A stretch of 61,736 nucleotides of DNA, counting the filler, from Choristocarpus tenellus KU-1152 (lineage: Eukaryota; Protista; Phaeophyceae), in the NCBI GenBank assembly GCA_964200185.2. It is 7 parts of 7 records of this genome, joined end to end, with 100 filler letters (N's around TTAATTAATTAA, not from the genome) between each part and the next. Parts side by side here need not be neighbours in the genome. Positions count along the whole stretch, not along the records: positions 1 to 21,755 come from CAXNAD020000328.1; positions 21,856 to 30,839 come from CAXNAD020004126.1; 5 more parts are not named here. One strand, given 5' to 3'. Of the stretch, positions 13,988-27,014 are shown piece after piece. The number at the start of each line of letters is the position of its first letter. Within the stretch, counting starts at the first letter, position 1. A program made the translations under genes and the position numbers. The notes beneath the pieces were generated by a model that was not told the origin of the DNA, made no database searches, and saw nothing but the letters and a program-made list of their open reading frames with translations.

Positions 13988-16900
13988 TTACCCCAACAAG
14001 CTCAAACGCTCTAGTAATGGTCGCCCAGGATATATTCGTGACCATTCAGCAAGAACAGGAGCAGCTCCGCTGCCAAACTGGCTCATGGCTTGCACAACTA
14101 TTGCCGCATGACGTGCTTCTGCATCTCTCTCTATGAACTCTCTTGCTCGTTCCTGCACAGAGGGTACAGGATTTAATGAGTCAGTAACAGTCAGTCTTAT
14201 GGGGGTTGGGGATAGCAAAGTTGGAGTAAAATAAGGGCTGCTTACAATAGATGCATTTTGAAAATGGCTCACAGGTGTCATCCAAGTCCGAACATCCTTG
14301 ACCTATACTACATTCACAGCCCCACATGGTACATCATCAAACAGAACAAACTGTGAGGAAAGCAAACAGTGTACATTAAACTATATGCATAGTAATTAAC
14401 TCAGGACAGAACCATGAGGCTCAGCTGAAACACGCCTTGCACTTCATACCCAAAAATGAAACAATAGAGCAGAACTGGCCATAGACTCTACTCCTCCGCC
14501 ATTACTGTGAAAACTCTCAAGTCAGAGTCACATTTCCTCACCTTCAATATTTCTTCTGTTTTGTCTGCCTTGCCACCCTCCTTTACCCTTGCTCCCACAT
14601 CTCCATCCAACACTTCATGCATTGCACCTTTCATGCCTATTCCCCTTGCAAGCACTGCATCCTTGAGCTCGGCAAGTAGCACAGTAGCCATAGCTAAGTC
14701 TTGTTCACTTTCTGCAGTCTCTGGGTTGCACAAAACCGCAACTTGGGATTGGGTTACAGAATGATCAAGCAAACGACCAGCTGCACGAGTGACGGCTGCA
14801 AGGGCTGCGTCTTTCTGTTCACCTCGCCTTGCAATGGAGAGGTTGGCTTGGTGCTTACGAAGACCCAAAAGGACCTTTGGAGGGATTAGTTTGTTGCAAA
14901 CACACACACGAATAGGAAGAAGACACAATACATGTTCGTGTTCAGAGTTGGAATGGGCTATACACATGCAAAAGAAAAGTTGGTGGATCAGAAAAAACTT
15001 TGTTTACCAAGTTCCACTGAGGTTTGATCCTACAGCTGAAGTGCAAGACATAACCCAAATGTAGAGAAGTCTGCACAAATGTGTTTAATAAAGAGGGGGA
15101 AAATGGAATAGGTTATGAGGAACTCTCAGCCAGTGGCAATTGCAACTCACAGCACCAGCCTTTCCCTCCTCCACAACATTGACAAATGTAACACTGTCAC
15201 ACACCTCGCCAAGGCTCACAACACTCCCAGGCATTTCCCCTTCTAGCCGGAGCCACAGATCGTAGTCCTCAGCCGGCTCTGCTGCATGGTTGTATCCCCC
15301 TGCTGCCAGCACAACACTTTTCCTCATGATAACTGAGGGGTGCGCCAGGCAACAGCTGAACAGGAGGGACCACCCAAGGAACCAAGGATCAGTTGGGTGT
15401 CTCGCAATGAAACTGAACCCTGTTGCAGGCACACTTGCAGCAGTCACCTCCCTCATTACATCTGAAGCTTCACTGCTGAATACTGCCACAGAGCTACCAG
15501 CAACTGCCACTCTGGGGTTAGCCAGCATGAAATCAACCTGTGCAATGGGAAGAGTTGAAGTGTGTAGTAGGAGGCACAACCAACACAGGCGGAACTTCCA
15601 CCTGTTTTATGTTTGGACCTATGTTTGGAGAGTTGACCTTCACTGGCCATCAACTGTCTGTGTGAACTTTCATAGAGAACAGGGCTGCCTCTCAACCCAT
15701 TTAGGGAAAAGAGGACTCTGCTTGGGACAACCAACTCAACAAGATATATCCTCCAGGGCGCATATTATGTACTGATAAATATACCTCTTAGGTGGGAAAA
15801 ACAGAAAGACTCAATCGTCACATTAGCAACCTTAATCCTCATGCCCCACCGTACTGAGGACAATGCGTGAAAACAACCCTTCCCCTCATCACCCTCACTT
15901 CTCACCTGGCGTTGTAGGCGATCAGGGAAGCACACATCATCTGCATCCATTCTTGCAACAAGTACCCCCTGTGCCTCCCTCATACCTTCATTTAGGCTTG
16001 CTGCAAGACCCTGAGGAACATCATGCCTGATGACACGAACTCGATAGTTATCCTCCATTTGATCGTAACTCCTACACCTGATATTATCTGTGGCCTCAAG
16101 TGCCATCTCAACTGCCCCATCAACTGACCCGTCATCAATGATCAGTAGCTCTAGTTTTGGTACTCCCTGACTATTCAAGATACTTGTAATAGAAGCAAGG
16201 AGGTGGGCACCCCCATTGAGGACTGGAAGCAAAACTGTGACAGTTGGAGTCCATTGAAGGGGGTCTGAGCAGAAAGGTAGCTCCCCTTGTCGTAGTTGAT
16301 TGAGTCCATCCCCACTGTCTTCACATCCTGCCTCAATAGTCCCTTCTACCACATTATCTTGACCACCCTCCACCTCCTCTGCACCTGTAAACACAAGCTC
16401 ACCCACATGCACAGAGTTAGACCTTCGGAGGCGGTAAAAGCTTTCATCCAGCCCCTGCGGGCAACTACCATTGCACCTCTCTTGTAGTAACCTGTCTAGA
16501 TCACTAAGATCTCCGCCATGTGTGGAGTACACTGGGGTGACATATGTTGCCTGGACACGGTTTACTGCAATAGAGCACAACACTGCTCTGCCGGCACAGG
16601 CTGCTCGGGGGGGGAGGACGCCTCTAGCAATTGTCGAGGCTGAGGGAGCAGGTTGAGGAGCCACCTGTTGCTGGGGTAGACGAAGCAGGCGGTGCCCATT
16701 GTGCTCTAGGAGGTTTGGATTGGCTACCGCAGCTTCACCAAAACTTGCTGCAATGTTGTCAAGGATGAGCTCTATGTCCATGAGTCTATGTGGCAGAGAC
16801 AAGTGGTGGCAGCAGGGGGGAGTAGAGCATTCATGACCAGGCATGTTTTTGACACAAGAGGACTAGGACGCCTGTGCCAGTAAACAATTGCCGAGAGAGG

Positions 16901-18615
16901 GTCTAGCAGTTTATTTACAACGTTTTGGACCAAGCAATTCTGTCTGCTGCTAATGATTGTGCGCTACATGTGATTCATAGCAACCTCTTCAAGTGCCAGG
17001 GGGTCCAACCCTCACCACAAAAAAATGTTGTGGCTTTGAACACAGCCCCACAGGAGCACGATCAGAGCCGAACAACACTGCTAATCTGAAAGAACGGGTG
17101 CAGCAACACAGTCAACACAGTGGAGTAAGAGCGATTATAACAAACAAGCTTCCAGATATTACAAACTGTATCCACAGCCCCTTAATACTTCCTCCACTTC
17201 AGGAGACTCCCATGAAGGACTAGTCACCTGTATAGTCCTCCTGTAAGATCACATGGGTAGTCCCACTCCCCTGAACCCTCTTCCCGTGAAAAGGTCAGAA
17301 TGTCAAAATCCGCCTGTAAACCCGTATCTCCTCCTGTTCCTGACCCAACCACCACCTTCCCCACCTTTGCAGTTGCAGTGGGTGTGTAAGTGGTGGGTGT
17401 AAACAGGGGTACCCTGCACGGAGACCCAGCAGGGTGGGACCAGGTGATATGGGGGTTCAGCCTCAGATGGACACAATGAACGGACAAGTCTGGAAAAAGG
17501 GAGTGATAGGAAAGAGGGGGGTGGAGCCTGTATTGAGTCTGTGTGTCCATGAAGCATTGGTTGTCCATGCTGTGTACAAGAGATTCTTCAGGCGGGGACT
17601 AAAAGTATAAGGGAAAACCACTGCAGAGATAAAGAAAAAAGGAAAACATTGAGAGGGGCAGCACATAGATTGACTTGTTACTGTAGGAAAGTCGTGTGGG
17701 ATATGTTGTTTCTAATCCTGCCAGATGGGGGGAGGAGAATCGCAGATTGTACCTTTTGATGGAGGACGGTACCGTACTTACATATCATCGACAAGCTGGC
17801 AAATCAACCTTTTTACTGTCTGCGTATCGCAGACCACTTTATAGAACTGCAAGTCACTACCATAAAAACAGGATATATTGGAGAGTAGTATGGATAACTG
17901 TTCAAGGTAGGCACCTCTTTCTGACATTGAATGCTTATCACAGAATGTGTGAAATGAAAAACAACCAACAGAGGCATGACTAACCAGTGTTGAGAATCCG
18001 AACTGCTTTATAAAGTGGAAAGTCGTCGTAGAAGAGCATGTCGTCCACAGCGAACAGCACAAACGAGTTTCTTCCTCCCTCCCCTCGTCCATCACCGATC
18101 AACTCCCTTAGTTGGCGGTAGAAACCTCCCTTCTGCTCTCTCAAAAAGTTCACTCCTGGGTGAACAGACCTAACAAAATCATAGGAATCCGACATTTCCC
18201 ACTTCCTCGTCCCTCTGACGTTATTCCAGTTTGGAAGCTTGCCTTCATCATGGCACCCTGTCCCCCTCTGCCTGTCAACATGTTGCTCGGACGACACAGA
18301 GCCTACCATATGACTCGACAACTCCAACGCCTCACCAGTGGCTACATACAATATCGAGATGCGTAAGTATATTTCATCTGAGAGGAGGTGACGTGAGGTA
18401 GATTGCAAGAGCTGATCAAGTTGAAACGCTCTGTCCTTGGAGAAACAGATGAGGTGCACGATGGATGGAGCAGGTAGGGATGATTGAGTGGGGGTGGAGA
18501 CTTCACCACCAACAAAAACTCTTCCAATCTGGTCATGGGGAAGAGAATCCTCATCATTACATGATTGAGATCTAGGGATGAACCCGGCAATTCGAGAGAG
18601 AATCTCAGTGTCCAT
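13988..18615 (-). CDS. Two-domain glycosyltransferase: N-terminal GT-A-like domain plus family-2 glycosyltransferase domain. About 6 exons: 18615-17985, 17489-17228, 16785-15906, ~15537-15204, 14874-14542, ~14152-13988
   Basis: GT2 motifs VTVLLPVLNG, LIIDDGSVDG, GLAASLNEG, VARMDADD, HPSVIMRK and AEDYDLWLR. The N-terminal part has FSKDRAFQL, FAVDDMLF, WDYPxDLTGGLYR, NPNLLE and VNRVQ. Checked GT-AG junctions are in phase. The start is taken at MDTEIL (18615); an in-frame ATG at 18729 is an alternative. Confidence 0.82.
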
Positions 18616-18843
18616 AGAGGTTAAAATTATGATAAGGGTTTTGAAGACATTTGTACGAAGTATCAAACCAACACCAACATAGTCCCAAAAATAATATATA
18701 GCCAGTGCGGTAGAAAACCAATCGACCATCGATCATCACCCATGCATCATATCCTTAGAAACGACGGTGCTAACTAACAAGTAGAGTTCCAGTATCTGCA
18801 AGGAGCCAGAATTGCTAGAAGCTTAAACAACACACGAAACACG

Positions 18844-20515
18844 ATGCGTCTCCTCAACCCTGTCGACCTGACAATGATAGTGGTGCTAGGCAATGGTATC
18901 ACTACATCCTCGGCAAAGTGCTGCAATCGTACAGCAGTAAGGCTAGGCTGCAACGAATCGCTAGCCAATTGAACACTGCTGTGCCTGCTTCACAAAACAT
19001 CTATCGACCTATGTATTAAGGATTAACTATGCCAACGAGGGACGGATTTGTTTCTCCTTGTCGATGAGATAGGTGCTTGTGATCGCAATACCTTTTGTGT
19101 AACGTCGATCTTCAACTTCAACACGTCCCCTTTTCACTTTGGACTTCCTTCTTACAGACAAACCTACTGGAAATTCCAGTCCATGGGCAGGCAGAACAGA
19201 CTCCCTTGATCCCGGTGACAAAGCTGCCAAAGACCTTCGACTGGAGCAACGTAAACGGGGTGCGTTGGCAAAACAGGCTTGACATTGTACAGCACAGACT
19301 TAATAAGTTATAGTTCGTCGGGCTACCCCTTACTCTCATGCATTGTGACTTTCCCGTCCACCTAATACATATTTCGCATACGTATTATCATACTCAATGC
19401 GTGGAAGGAAAGTCTGGTAGTAACCATCTACAATAGTTCGATGTAAGATCGCAAGTCGTCGACAGCAGAGGACTATCAAGTCCACTCCAATTCGACATGG
19501 CCTCGACGGTAATATTACCTGTTGTGTTCCTTCCCCACCTAACCAGTATAACTACCTAGTCTCGAACTGGAATCAGCATATCCCTACCTACTGCGGTTCA
19601 TGCTATGCTCACGGCACGCTGGCCTCTGTACAAGACAGAATCAAGATATTCAAAGGAGGGCGTGCTCCCGACATAATGCTGGCTCGCCAGTCGTTTCTCA
19701 ATTGTGGGTGAGTACTATTTGTCATTGAAAAAATGAGTTACGTTCACCAAGAAGCCAGAGTCTATGGCAGAAGGGTATTCTCTTGTTTTTACCAAAGTTA
19801 ATACCTTCGTCTTCAATTCTAGAAGTATGGACTTCTTTGGGCAAGACCTTGTTGCAACAATTCTGGCAGTGCTACGATAGTGTTCTTCTTTGCTGGTGGG
19901 CCTCTTTCCCTATAGAATACAATGTAGCATGTTCAGAGGGACCTAAAAATAGCTAGTGGTCAAGACAATAAAATCTAAACTGTATATTCTTCCAACCGTA
20001 CTTATTTATTTGGACAAAGGCAGAAAGAGATTTCCTACAGTGCACCACCAGATGTGTTCGAAACATTTAGGCTTCAAACAATGTTATTTATGCTCTTTCA
20101 TTTTCTACTTGATCTCTCCTCTCCTACACCTAAATCTGCCTCTCATGGATTATTTTATTCGCCCCAGTAAATGAGGCCGAAGGGTCAGAAAAACGCTCCT
20201 TTTAAGGATTATACTAGCAAAAGGACTTTGTTGACACCCCAGATATCACCCTCTTTTCTTTGGGCCCATACATCACCCCCTCTTATATAGACATCTGCAT
20301 TCACACCTTTGACAAGTGCCATCAACAACACCCCGTATTTCTATCGATCTAGACCAGCTCATGGCTATGGCTCTGGCTGCGGTGGAGGCAATCCAAATGA
20401 CATATTTGGGTTCATGCATGATGTGGGGCTGCCAGATGAAACATGCAACAATTATGTGGCTGAAACCACTACCAGTTGTGACTCCATGGCTATTTGCATG
20501 AACTGCATGGTCAAG
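18844..20515 (+). CDS. CTSZ: Cathepsin X/Z-type papain-family cysteine protease, 5' part (exons 18844-18936, 19158-19259, 19547-19707, 20353-~20515); 3' end not present before the contig break
   Basis: LPKTFDWSNVNG|YNYLVSNWNQHIPTYCGSCYAHG...QDRIKI...LNCG|PAHGYGSGCGGG...GLPDETCNNY. The HIP insertion before the active-site Cys is diagnostic of cathepsin X. The first exon is less certain. Confidence 0.85.
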
Positions 20516-21059
20516 GTGTGTGTGAATAGGGACATTCCATAATCTGGAGGAGATGTGTGGATGTTTTAAAGGGGGACCAGGGTTGGCATAGGATAGGCCA
20601 AGATATGTATGGTATTTTCAAAGGGATCGCTATACTACTAGTATTTGCCAAAGGCCAGAAATAGATAGTTTTGTGAATTGTAATAATTCAATCTCTAAAA
20701 TTTAATTAAATCATGATCAACCAAACCGAAATTAAGGGTTAATTTTCGATTGCCTATTTTTCAAACAAGTTAGTGCTGTGTGCACTTCTATTGGAGTTCA
20801 GCACTTTATCCACTTCATTTCATGCGAATATGCACCTTCAAGTTATATTCAAGTTTATCAATGGTTTTGGAATTGTTTGAAGTTGTACTCATAAATGATT
20901 TTGAGTCACAACACTAGAACTAGGACCATCGGGAAACCAAACGGATCATATATCCTAAGCATTATTGTACACAGTTAGGTGAGACAATGAAGAGATTGCA
21001 GGTACAGTGTAGGTTAGAATGAGAACGGATAGGTCAGTGAGGTTGTGGGTTTACCTTGT

Positions 21060-21321
21060 GAGTGAAAGTATCTTGGAGGGTACAAGTTTTTCCTGTTTGT
21101 CCGTTTGAGGCTTAGCCTCCCATGGGGTTTTTTATGACATTTTCCTACTCCAAAATGTTTAGGAGTCTACTAGGTAAAATGTATACATTATGAAAGGCGT
21201 GTCCAGAACATGGATATTGACACTTCCTATCAAACACGATAGCCAAAATTACATCAAAATCGCAACATTGGATTTTGGCCCCCAAATGGACACAACCCCA
21301 ACCTCTAAGATACTTTGGCTC
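21060..21321 (+). mobile_element. MITE family A copy 1
   Basis: Termini GAGTGAAAGTATCTTGGAGG...CCTCTAAGATACTTTGGCTC are inverted repeats. The internal sequence is shared with three other copies. Confidence 0.85.
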
Positions 21322-21755
21322 TGTATCATTCATGTCAGTGTGCAATACTTATAATTTTACCTCTATTTGTTGACCTGCGTTAAGATGCTGAGCTGAAAAC
21401 TTGTTGGTGTGGATGAGACTTGTTCCAATACTTCACTTGTCACAAGGGATACATAGCCTATGGTCAAGTAGTACTTCAGTATGAGCTACTCCAAAGGATA
21501 GCTTATCCATCAAACACTTTGAGGGAGGGTACTTCAGGAAAGGGAAGCATATACTACTTTGTATGGAAGGGGTTCGACTGAACCCCTCATTAAATCATTA
21601 TGTAAGGATCACAATTCAATGGTGGCGAACACTGAAATGACTGGGTGATAACATGGCTGATAGGTAAGGAATGCATTCTCCCCACCCAAACCTGGAAATT
21701 ACCCTGTTTGGCTAGTGTCAGAGACAGCATCATTGTCATGGCAATCGCTTGACCT

Positions 21756-21855
21756 NNNNNNNNNNNNNNNNNNNNNNNNNNNNNNNNNNNNNNNNNNNNT
21801 TAATTAATTAANNNNNNNNNNNNNNNNNNNNNNNNNNNNNNNNNNNNNNNNNNNN
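21756..21855. other. Artificial contig-join spacer
   Basis: N44-TTAATTAATTAA-N44, stops in all six frames, exactly 100 bp. Confidence 0.98.
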
Positions 21856-21917
21856 CGCGACATGAGAAAATTGACCCCAAATGGACAGCCGCCACCCCCT
21901 CCCAGATACTTTGAGCC
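21856..21917 (+). mobile_element. MITE family B, right-end fragment at contig start
   Basis: CCAAATGGACAGCCGCCACCCCCTCCCAGATACTTTGAGCC matches 32084-32127. Confidence 0.7.
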
Positions 21918-22733
21918 ATTACTCTTACTAAACAATAATCTCCCTACCTAAACTGACCTGCCTTTGGGGTACACTCTTCAAAAAAGCACATAAAATGCTG
22001 CAAGACGATTTCGTTCTCTTTTTGAATATTCCTTTACCTTCACTATGAAATCAAATGCCCCTGCAGGCCTTCCAAGCATATTGGCACACAATACGCCTAT
22101 TACGACACAGTTCAGACCTAAAACAAATACACCTACCAGCACATTGCTGTACCTTCCAATCTCACAGACGCTTTTTCGACTCAAGCAACTCCATTACATC
22201 ACTCTCACATTGGTACAAAACACTTCGGTAACAGCACCAAATCGAGAATCAAGTGCTCTAAACAAAATTCTTAAGCCAGACAATTGACCCCAGCAGGTTT
22301 ACTCAAGTACGGTAAAATTGAATATTTCATGTAATATGACACCTTTGCTGAACACTAGAACAGAATTTCATGGAAAAAACATAGCCTATCCATCTTTACA
22401 ATAACAGCAATGGTAGCCTCCTTTGCCACCCATGCGCCACATTTCCTCATACTTCACTATTCTCTTGGCCACACTCAGCCTCATGCAGAACCCTGCAAAG
22501 TGTCAATGGTAAGGTAGGCACACAACCATAAATCCATACAACTGTAGTCACACCACCAACCTAACAGAGTCTAAAGGATGATATCCTCTTACATACTCTC
22601 CGTAACACTTGAGCAGCTACCTCGACTGAAGGCTTACAGGTTTCTAAATCAATTCAAACCGGTACAACCCAACCCAAACGCATCAATAACCTTGGAAGAT
22701 AGCCAACAAATACAATGGAGTCTATCTCTCACC

Positions 22734-25700
22734 TTAGAGCGTCCATCACTATCTGAGAGCACATCTGCATGGAGAACCTTACCAACAGTGCGCATGTGGT
22801 CCTTGAGCTCTTGCCACTCTACTGTCCACGCAAGGTTTCCCACATAAATACGGTTCCCCTGGACCTAGTCATCATGTTGGTGCTACAAAGTAAGGTTCCA
22901 AAACTTAAGGTGGCACAGACGTAAGTCAGTCGACACAATATTGGCAACATGCTTCAAACTACTCTCTAATATCTCCATACACGATGATGAAAACACAGTA
23001 AAGCCCACCCAGAGAAATATAGCCATCCTGTGCTCAAGAGCATGTAGCGATGATTGTATCAACCACGACAAACACTCTTGAATCCCCCATACACATGGGG
23101 TAACATCAAACAAAACGGACTGTACAGACATCACAAAGTACTCTTCAGCACCAAAAAGGTTGCACTATTATTCACAATACAGCACGCCTCATCGAGAAAA
23201 GTAACGAGGCGGTAGGAGTGACAACCCTTACAGAGTAACACTGGGCGACCATACCTGTTGCATGGGCGCCCCTTGTGGAACCTGCTGCTGCATTGGCATG
23301 TGCCCCATAGGCTGCCCCATGCCAGACATCGGACCAGCTCCAGGAGCAAAGGGTGCTCCAGCAAATGCCCCCATCGGCGGCATCTGCATCTGTCCCACCA
23401 TAGCCTGCTGGGGGTGCATGGCTGCATGGCCATGGCCATGGCCCATGCTTGGTGCACCGCTCTCACGATCCTATCGAAGGCATCATGTACGGTTGGAGAT
23501 TGGGGTGTAGGACTAAGCCATGCTGGAGGGTAAATGACCATTCTTTAAAATCTCAGCAAATACTGATGCTTCCATGTGGGATCAAGCAATCAACCAAACA
23601 CACACACACACACATAATTTCAGAACCAAAGGATAATACGTGAGGTCAACAACTCCAAGTGCATCCATTCTTGATACCATCTTCAGACAAAATAATGCAG
23701 AAACCAGGCTTGACAGACCATAACTCAAGACAGTGCACAAGCCACAAGGGCAGTAAGAAATGTGGACAGTACGTGAAAGGTGAAGGTGAAGGGGAGAGGC
23801 AACAAAAAGAAAATAAGAAAAAACATTTTTCCACAAAAATACTCCGCAACCACCTCAAAATTCTTGATGCATCAGACAAGGTGAGTGTACGTGACGCTTC
23901 AAAGAGAGGGGGGTGGTGTGATGTGAGAGATGGAGGTGAGAGCAAGTCTCTGACCTCACGAACAAAGATCATGCGTCCCTTGAGCTCAGAGTTATTTAGC
24001 TGCTCGATGGCCTGGGCAGCCTGTTCAGGGCTTGCAAATTCCACAATACCACATCCTCGAGAGCGTCCACCTTGATCTGTCATCACATCTGCCCGCACGA
24101 CATCCCCACCCAGAGTGCGCATGTGATCCTTAAGGTCCTGATCTCAGACAGAGATTAGCAGTACAGGAAAGAGAGGGGGGGAGAGAGAGAGAGGGCAAGT
24201 GGGACCATGGGAAAGATATATATACTACTATGAAAAAAAAGACTCAACTCAGTTCAACTAACGGCAACCACCATATAATGAGATGATTTGTGCTGTACTG
24301 GACCTGTCCATAGCACCAATAAACTGCACCATGTAGTACCAGGCATACAAGACCTGAATTACAATCAAATTTGATGAAGAGAACTTCTTGTCTTGCACAC
24401 AACATTGCCACACAAAAAGGAGTCCCACAATTTGCCCTGAATGGGTCTCCTGGCAACAAGCGAACATCTCACACTAATCTATTTTATTTTAAGTTTTCAA
24501 AGGCGGGCATTAATTCTTCACAGCTGAGATAGTCCATTTCCACAGACTCATGAAAGATCAAATTCTGGTTTTACACCCCACCTTTCAAAACACACGATTG
24601 ATTGTGCACAACTCTGCACAACAACTTAGGGAAAACAACAGGTAAGTATTGATGAAAGGTCTACAAACTATGGCACAGAAATCCACTGACTAACCTGCCA
24701 TGCCACATCCCAGGCAAGATTTCCCACATAGACTCGTGCATTTTGGTTTCCACTGCCACGAGGTCCCCCCCCACCCATGGGGACAGGCACAGGGGCAGCT
24801 CGATGCTGCCCACCACTCCCGCCTGTAGCGCACAGAAGAATGACAATCAAATGTTAAGGTATGCAGTAGAAGTGCACAAGGTTGATATTATTAACAATAT
24901 ACACATTTATCAACAACAGGGGGGAAACTGGCACAAAGCAGACAAGTTCACATAACTACACAAAAAAGTACAAATACAAACCATAGTAATTGCTGGTAAA
25001 CATAGAATTGAAGGGTTACATTTAGAGTCAGGAAAGACAGTTTCATGTATAGATGCCTGCATTGCATTGTCCCCAGGCTCAGTGGTTGAACTGAATGATA
25101 AATGATCAGCCTATCACTTCGTCAAAAACTCATCAAATATTCAAGACAGGCGAGGGGAAAAGGGTTTGGTGGTAGTGGTGGGGGGGGCGATTGTCCGAGG
25201 TACTACATCTCAGTTGCCCATACCATCCAATAAGAAATTACTCATCTCCTAGGACAAACCCAAACCTAGAACCGAGAGGTAATTCTTGCAGTCGAGGACC
25301 AGAACAACAAAAAGGAGTCAGGGATTTTAATAGGTTACAACAATTGGTTGATGGAGGTCAGGTTCTTACCCGCGGCCTCCCTATCTTCGCGCACAAAAAT
25401 GAGTCGTCCCTTAAGTTCCGTGTCCAGTAGTGTGTTGATGGCCTGTTGTGCTTCCATTGGTGTGCGGTACTCTACAATGCCACAGCCCTTGGAGCGTCCA
25501 GATACATCCCGCATAACATCTGCGCGCACCACCTAAGGCATGGGGGGAAGGAGAGAGAGATAGTACAAGTTTTGAGCGTAAGGATCACACTCGCGTGTCA
25601 AAGGATCATTTTCGAATAGCAAAGGGGACATTAGCAAGGAAGGGCTAGAGTTCTTGGGGTATACCAAGGAACAATATATAGACCGTTCAGGGCAGGATAC

Positions 25701-26143
25701 GATTGTGCAACGATAACACACATTGGTGTCACTGAACAGAGATGCTTTCAGATTGCAAAAGGGAAATGTGATACTGACTGCTCAGCACCCTCGCGACCTT
25801 AAAAATACCTGGTCCAACACGAATCTACACTTCAACCACTGGTTGCTCATCTGAATGATCATCCGCACGTCTTATGATCACCAAGGACGGTTCAAATATA
25901 CTCGGTCCCAAATCACAAGCATACCTCTCCGGCCTGACGCATGTGGTCCTTGAGGTCTTGCCACTCTGTCTCCCAGGAAAGATTTCCCACGTAGACCCTG
26001 GCACTGCCAGTCATCACCATGGGTCCCGTTGCTGGTACCCCAGGAGCCATCACCACGGGCATCACCCCAGGCACAGCCCCGTCAACTTGGACAGGGATCC
26101 CTTCAGACACATAGCCTGCTGGTGAAGGCTCCACGTATCCCAT
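22734..26143 (-). CDS. Three-RRM RNA/ssDNA-binding protein of the Gbp2/Hrb1/hnRNP-M type (third RRM incomplete; 5' end may extend to 26496)
   Basis: Three repeats of YVGNLxWxxxWQxLKDHMR, two followed by RADVMxDxxGRSxGCGIVE(Y/F)...[14 protein letters not shown]. Linkers are Met/Gly/Pro/Gln-rich. Six GT-AG-bounded exons. Confidence 0.88.
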
Positions 26144-27014
26144 CTCTGGGTACTGCTGCTGTATTGAGTGGAGTCAGGCACGAGTGGGTGAAAATCGAGG
26201 AAGCATAGTCGGGGGAGATAAGATATATCAGCTCAGCGTACTGCTTCCCTCTGCCGATAACGTTCTGTTGCAGAGGCAGGGCTTGCACAGAAATGCTGGG
26301 TGAGATGTGAGATCGAGAGTGAGAGACGGTTCACTGGCGATAGGGGAGACTTGAGTATCGCTTTGCCTTTCCTCACCATTAAGAAGAAATCAAACAGTGG
26401 TGAGTGTCCTGTGTAGCGCAAGACAATCTTTCATGGGACAGCACGGCACAGATTACGGAAGATGATATTTGCGTGATGGCGAACCAACCACATCATGTTG
26501 ACGGCAGTTGAAGGAGCAATGGCAACAAGACTCTCCCCAAGAAAACGCGTAGGATATCCTTGGATCTCGCTTCCACATTCTACTCGTGATCATCCATTCA
26601 CGTGGGCAGCGAAAACCACCAGCCGCTAATAGTATGTTTTGTATCCCACATCGAGGCAGTGGTCCTGACAACCAACGAGATTCCTTACCCCTTGATTTTC
26701 CACCATGCCGGCCATCTTCCCTTCCCGAGAGTCCTTTCCTCTGCCCCAGCGCCCTTGCCGCTCTCCCCAGCCCTGCACTCCTCCGGCCCTCTCCTCTCCC
26801 CTATTACTTCCCCTTACCCCCAATGCTTCGTAGTTTTGGTAAGCTTGTGCTGTGTTGGCGCTGTTGTGGCTCTGAGCCCCCACATGTTTTTTAGTTGGTT
26901 TTTTGCAATATAACACTTGAGTGGTGGGAGAAGGTTGCTTTTTCCCTTCCAACCCCACCTCCACATCACTGACCTCTCCCTGGGTAGGTGTTACTTGACC
27001 AACACAGAAGCATC

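Noticed and set aside
22380-22500. Candidate last exon of the RRM gene (cag|GGT TCT GCA TGA)
   Set aside because: It stops after three codons and lacks the GCGIVEF motif; the true exon is probably beyond the contig edge.
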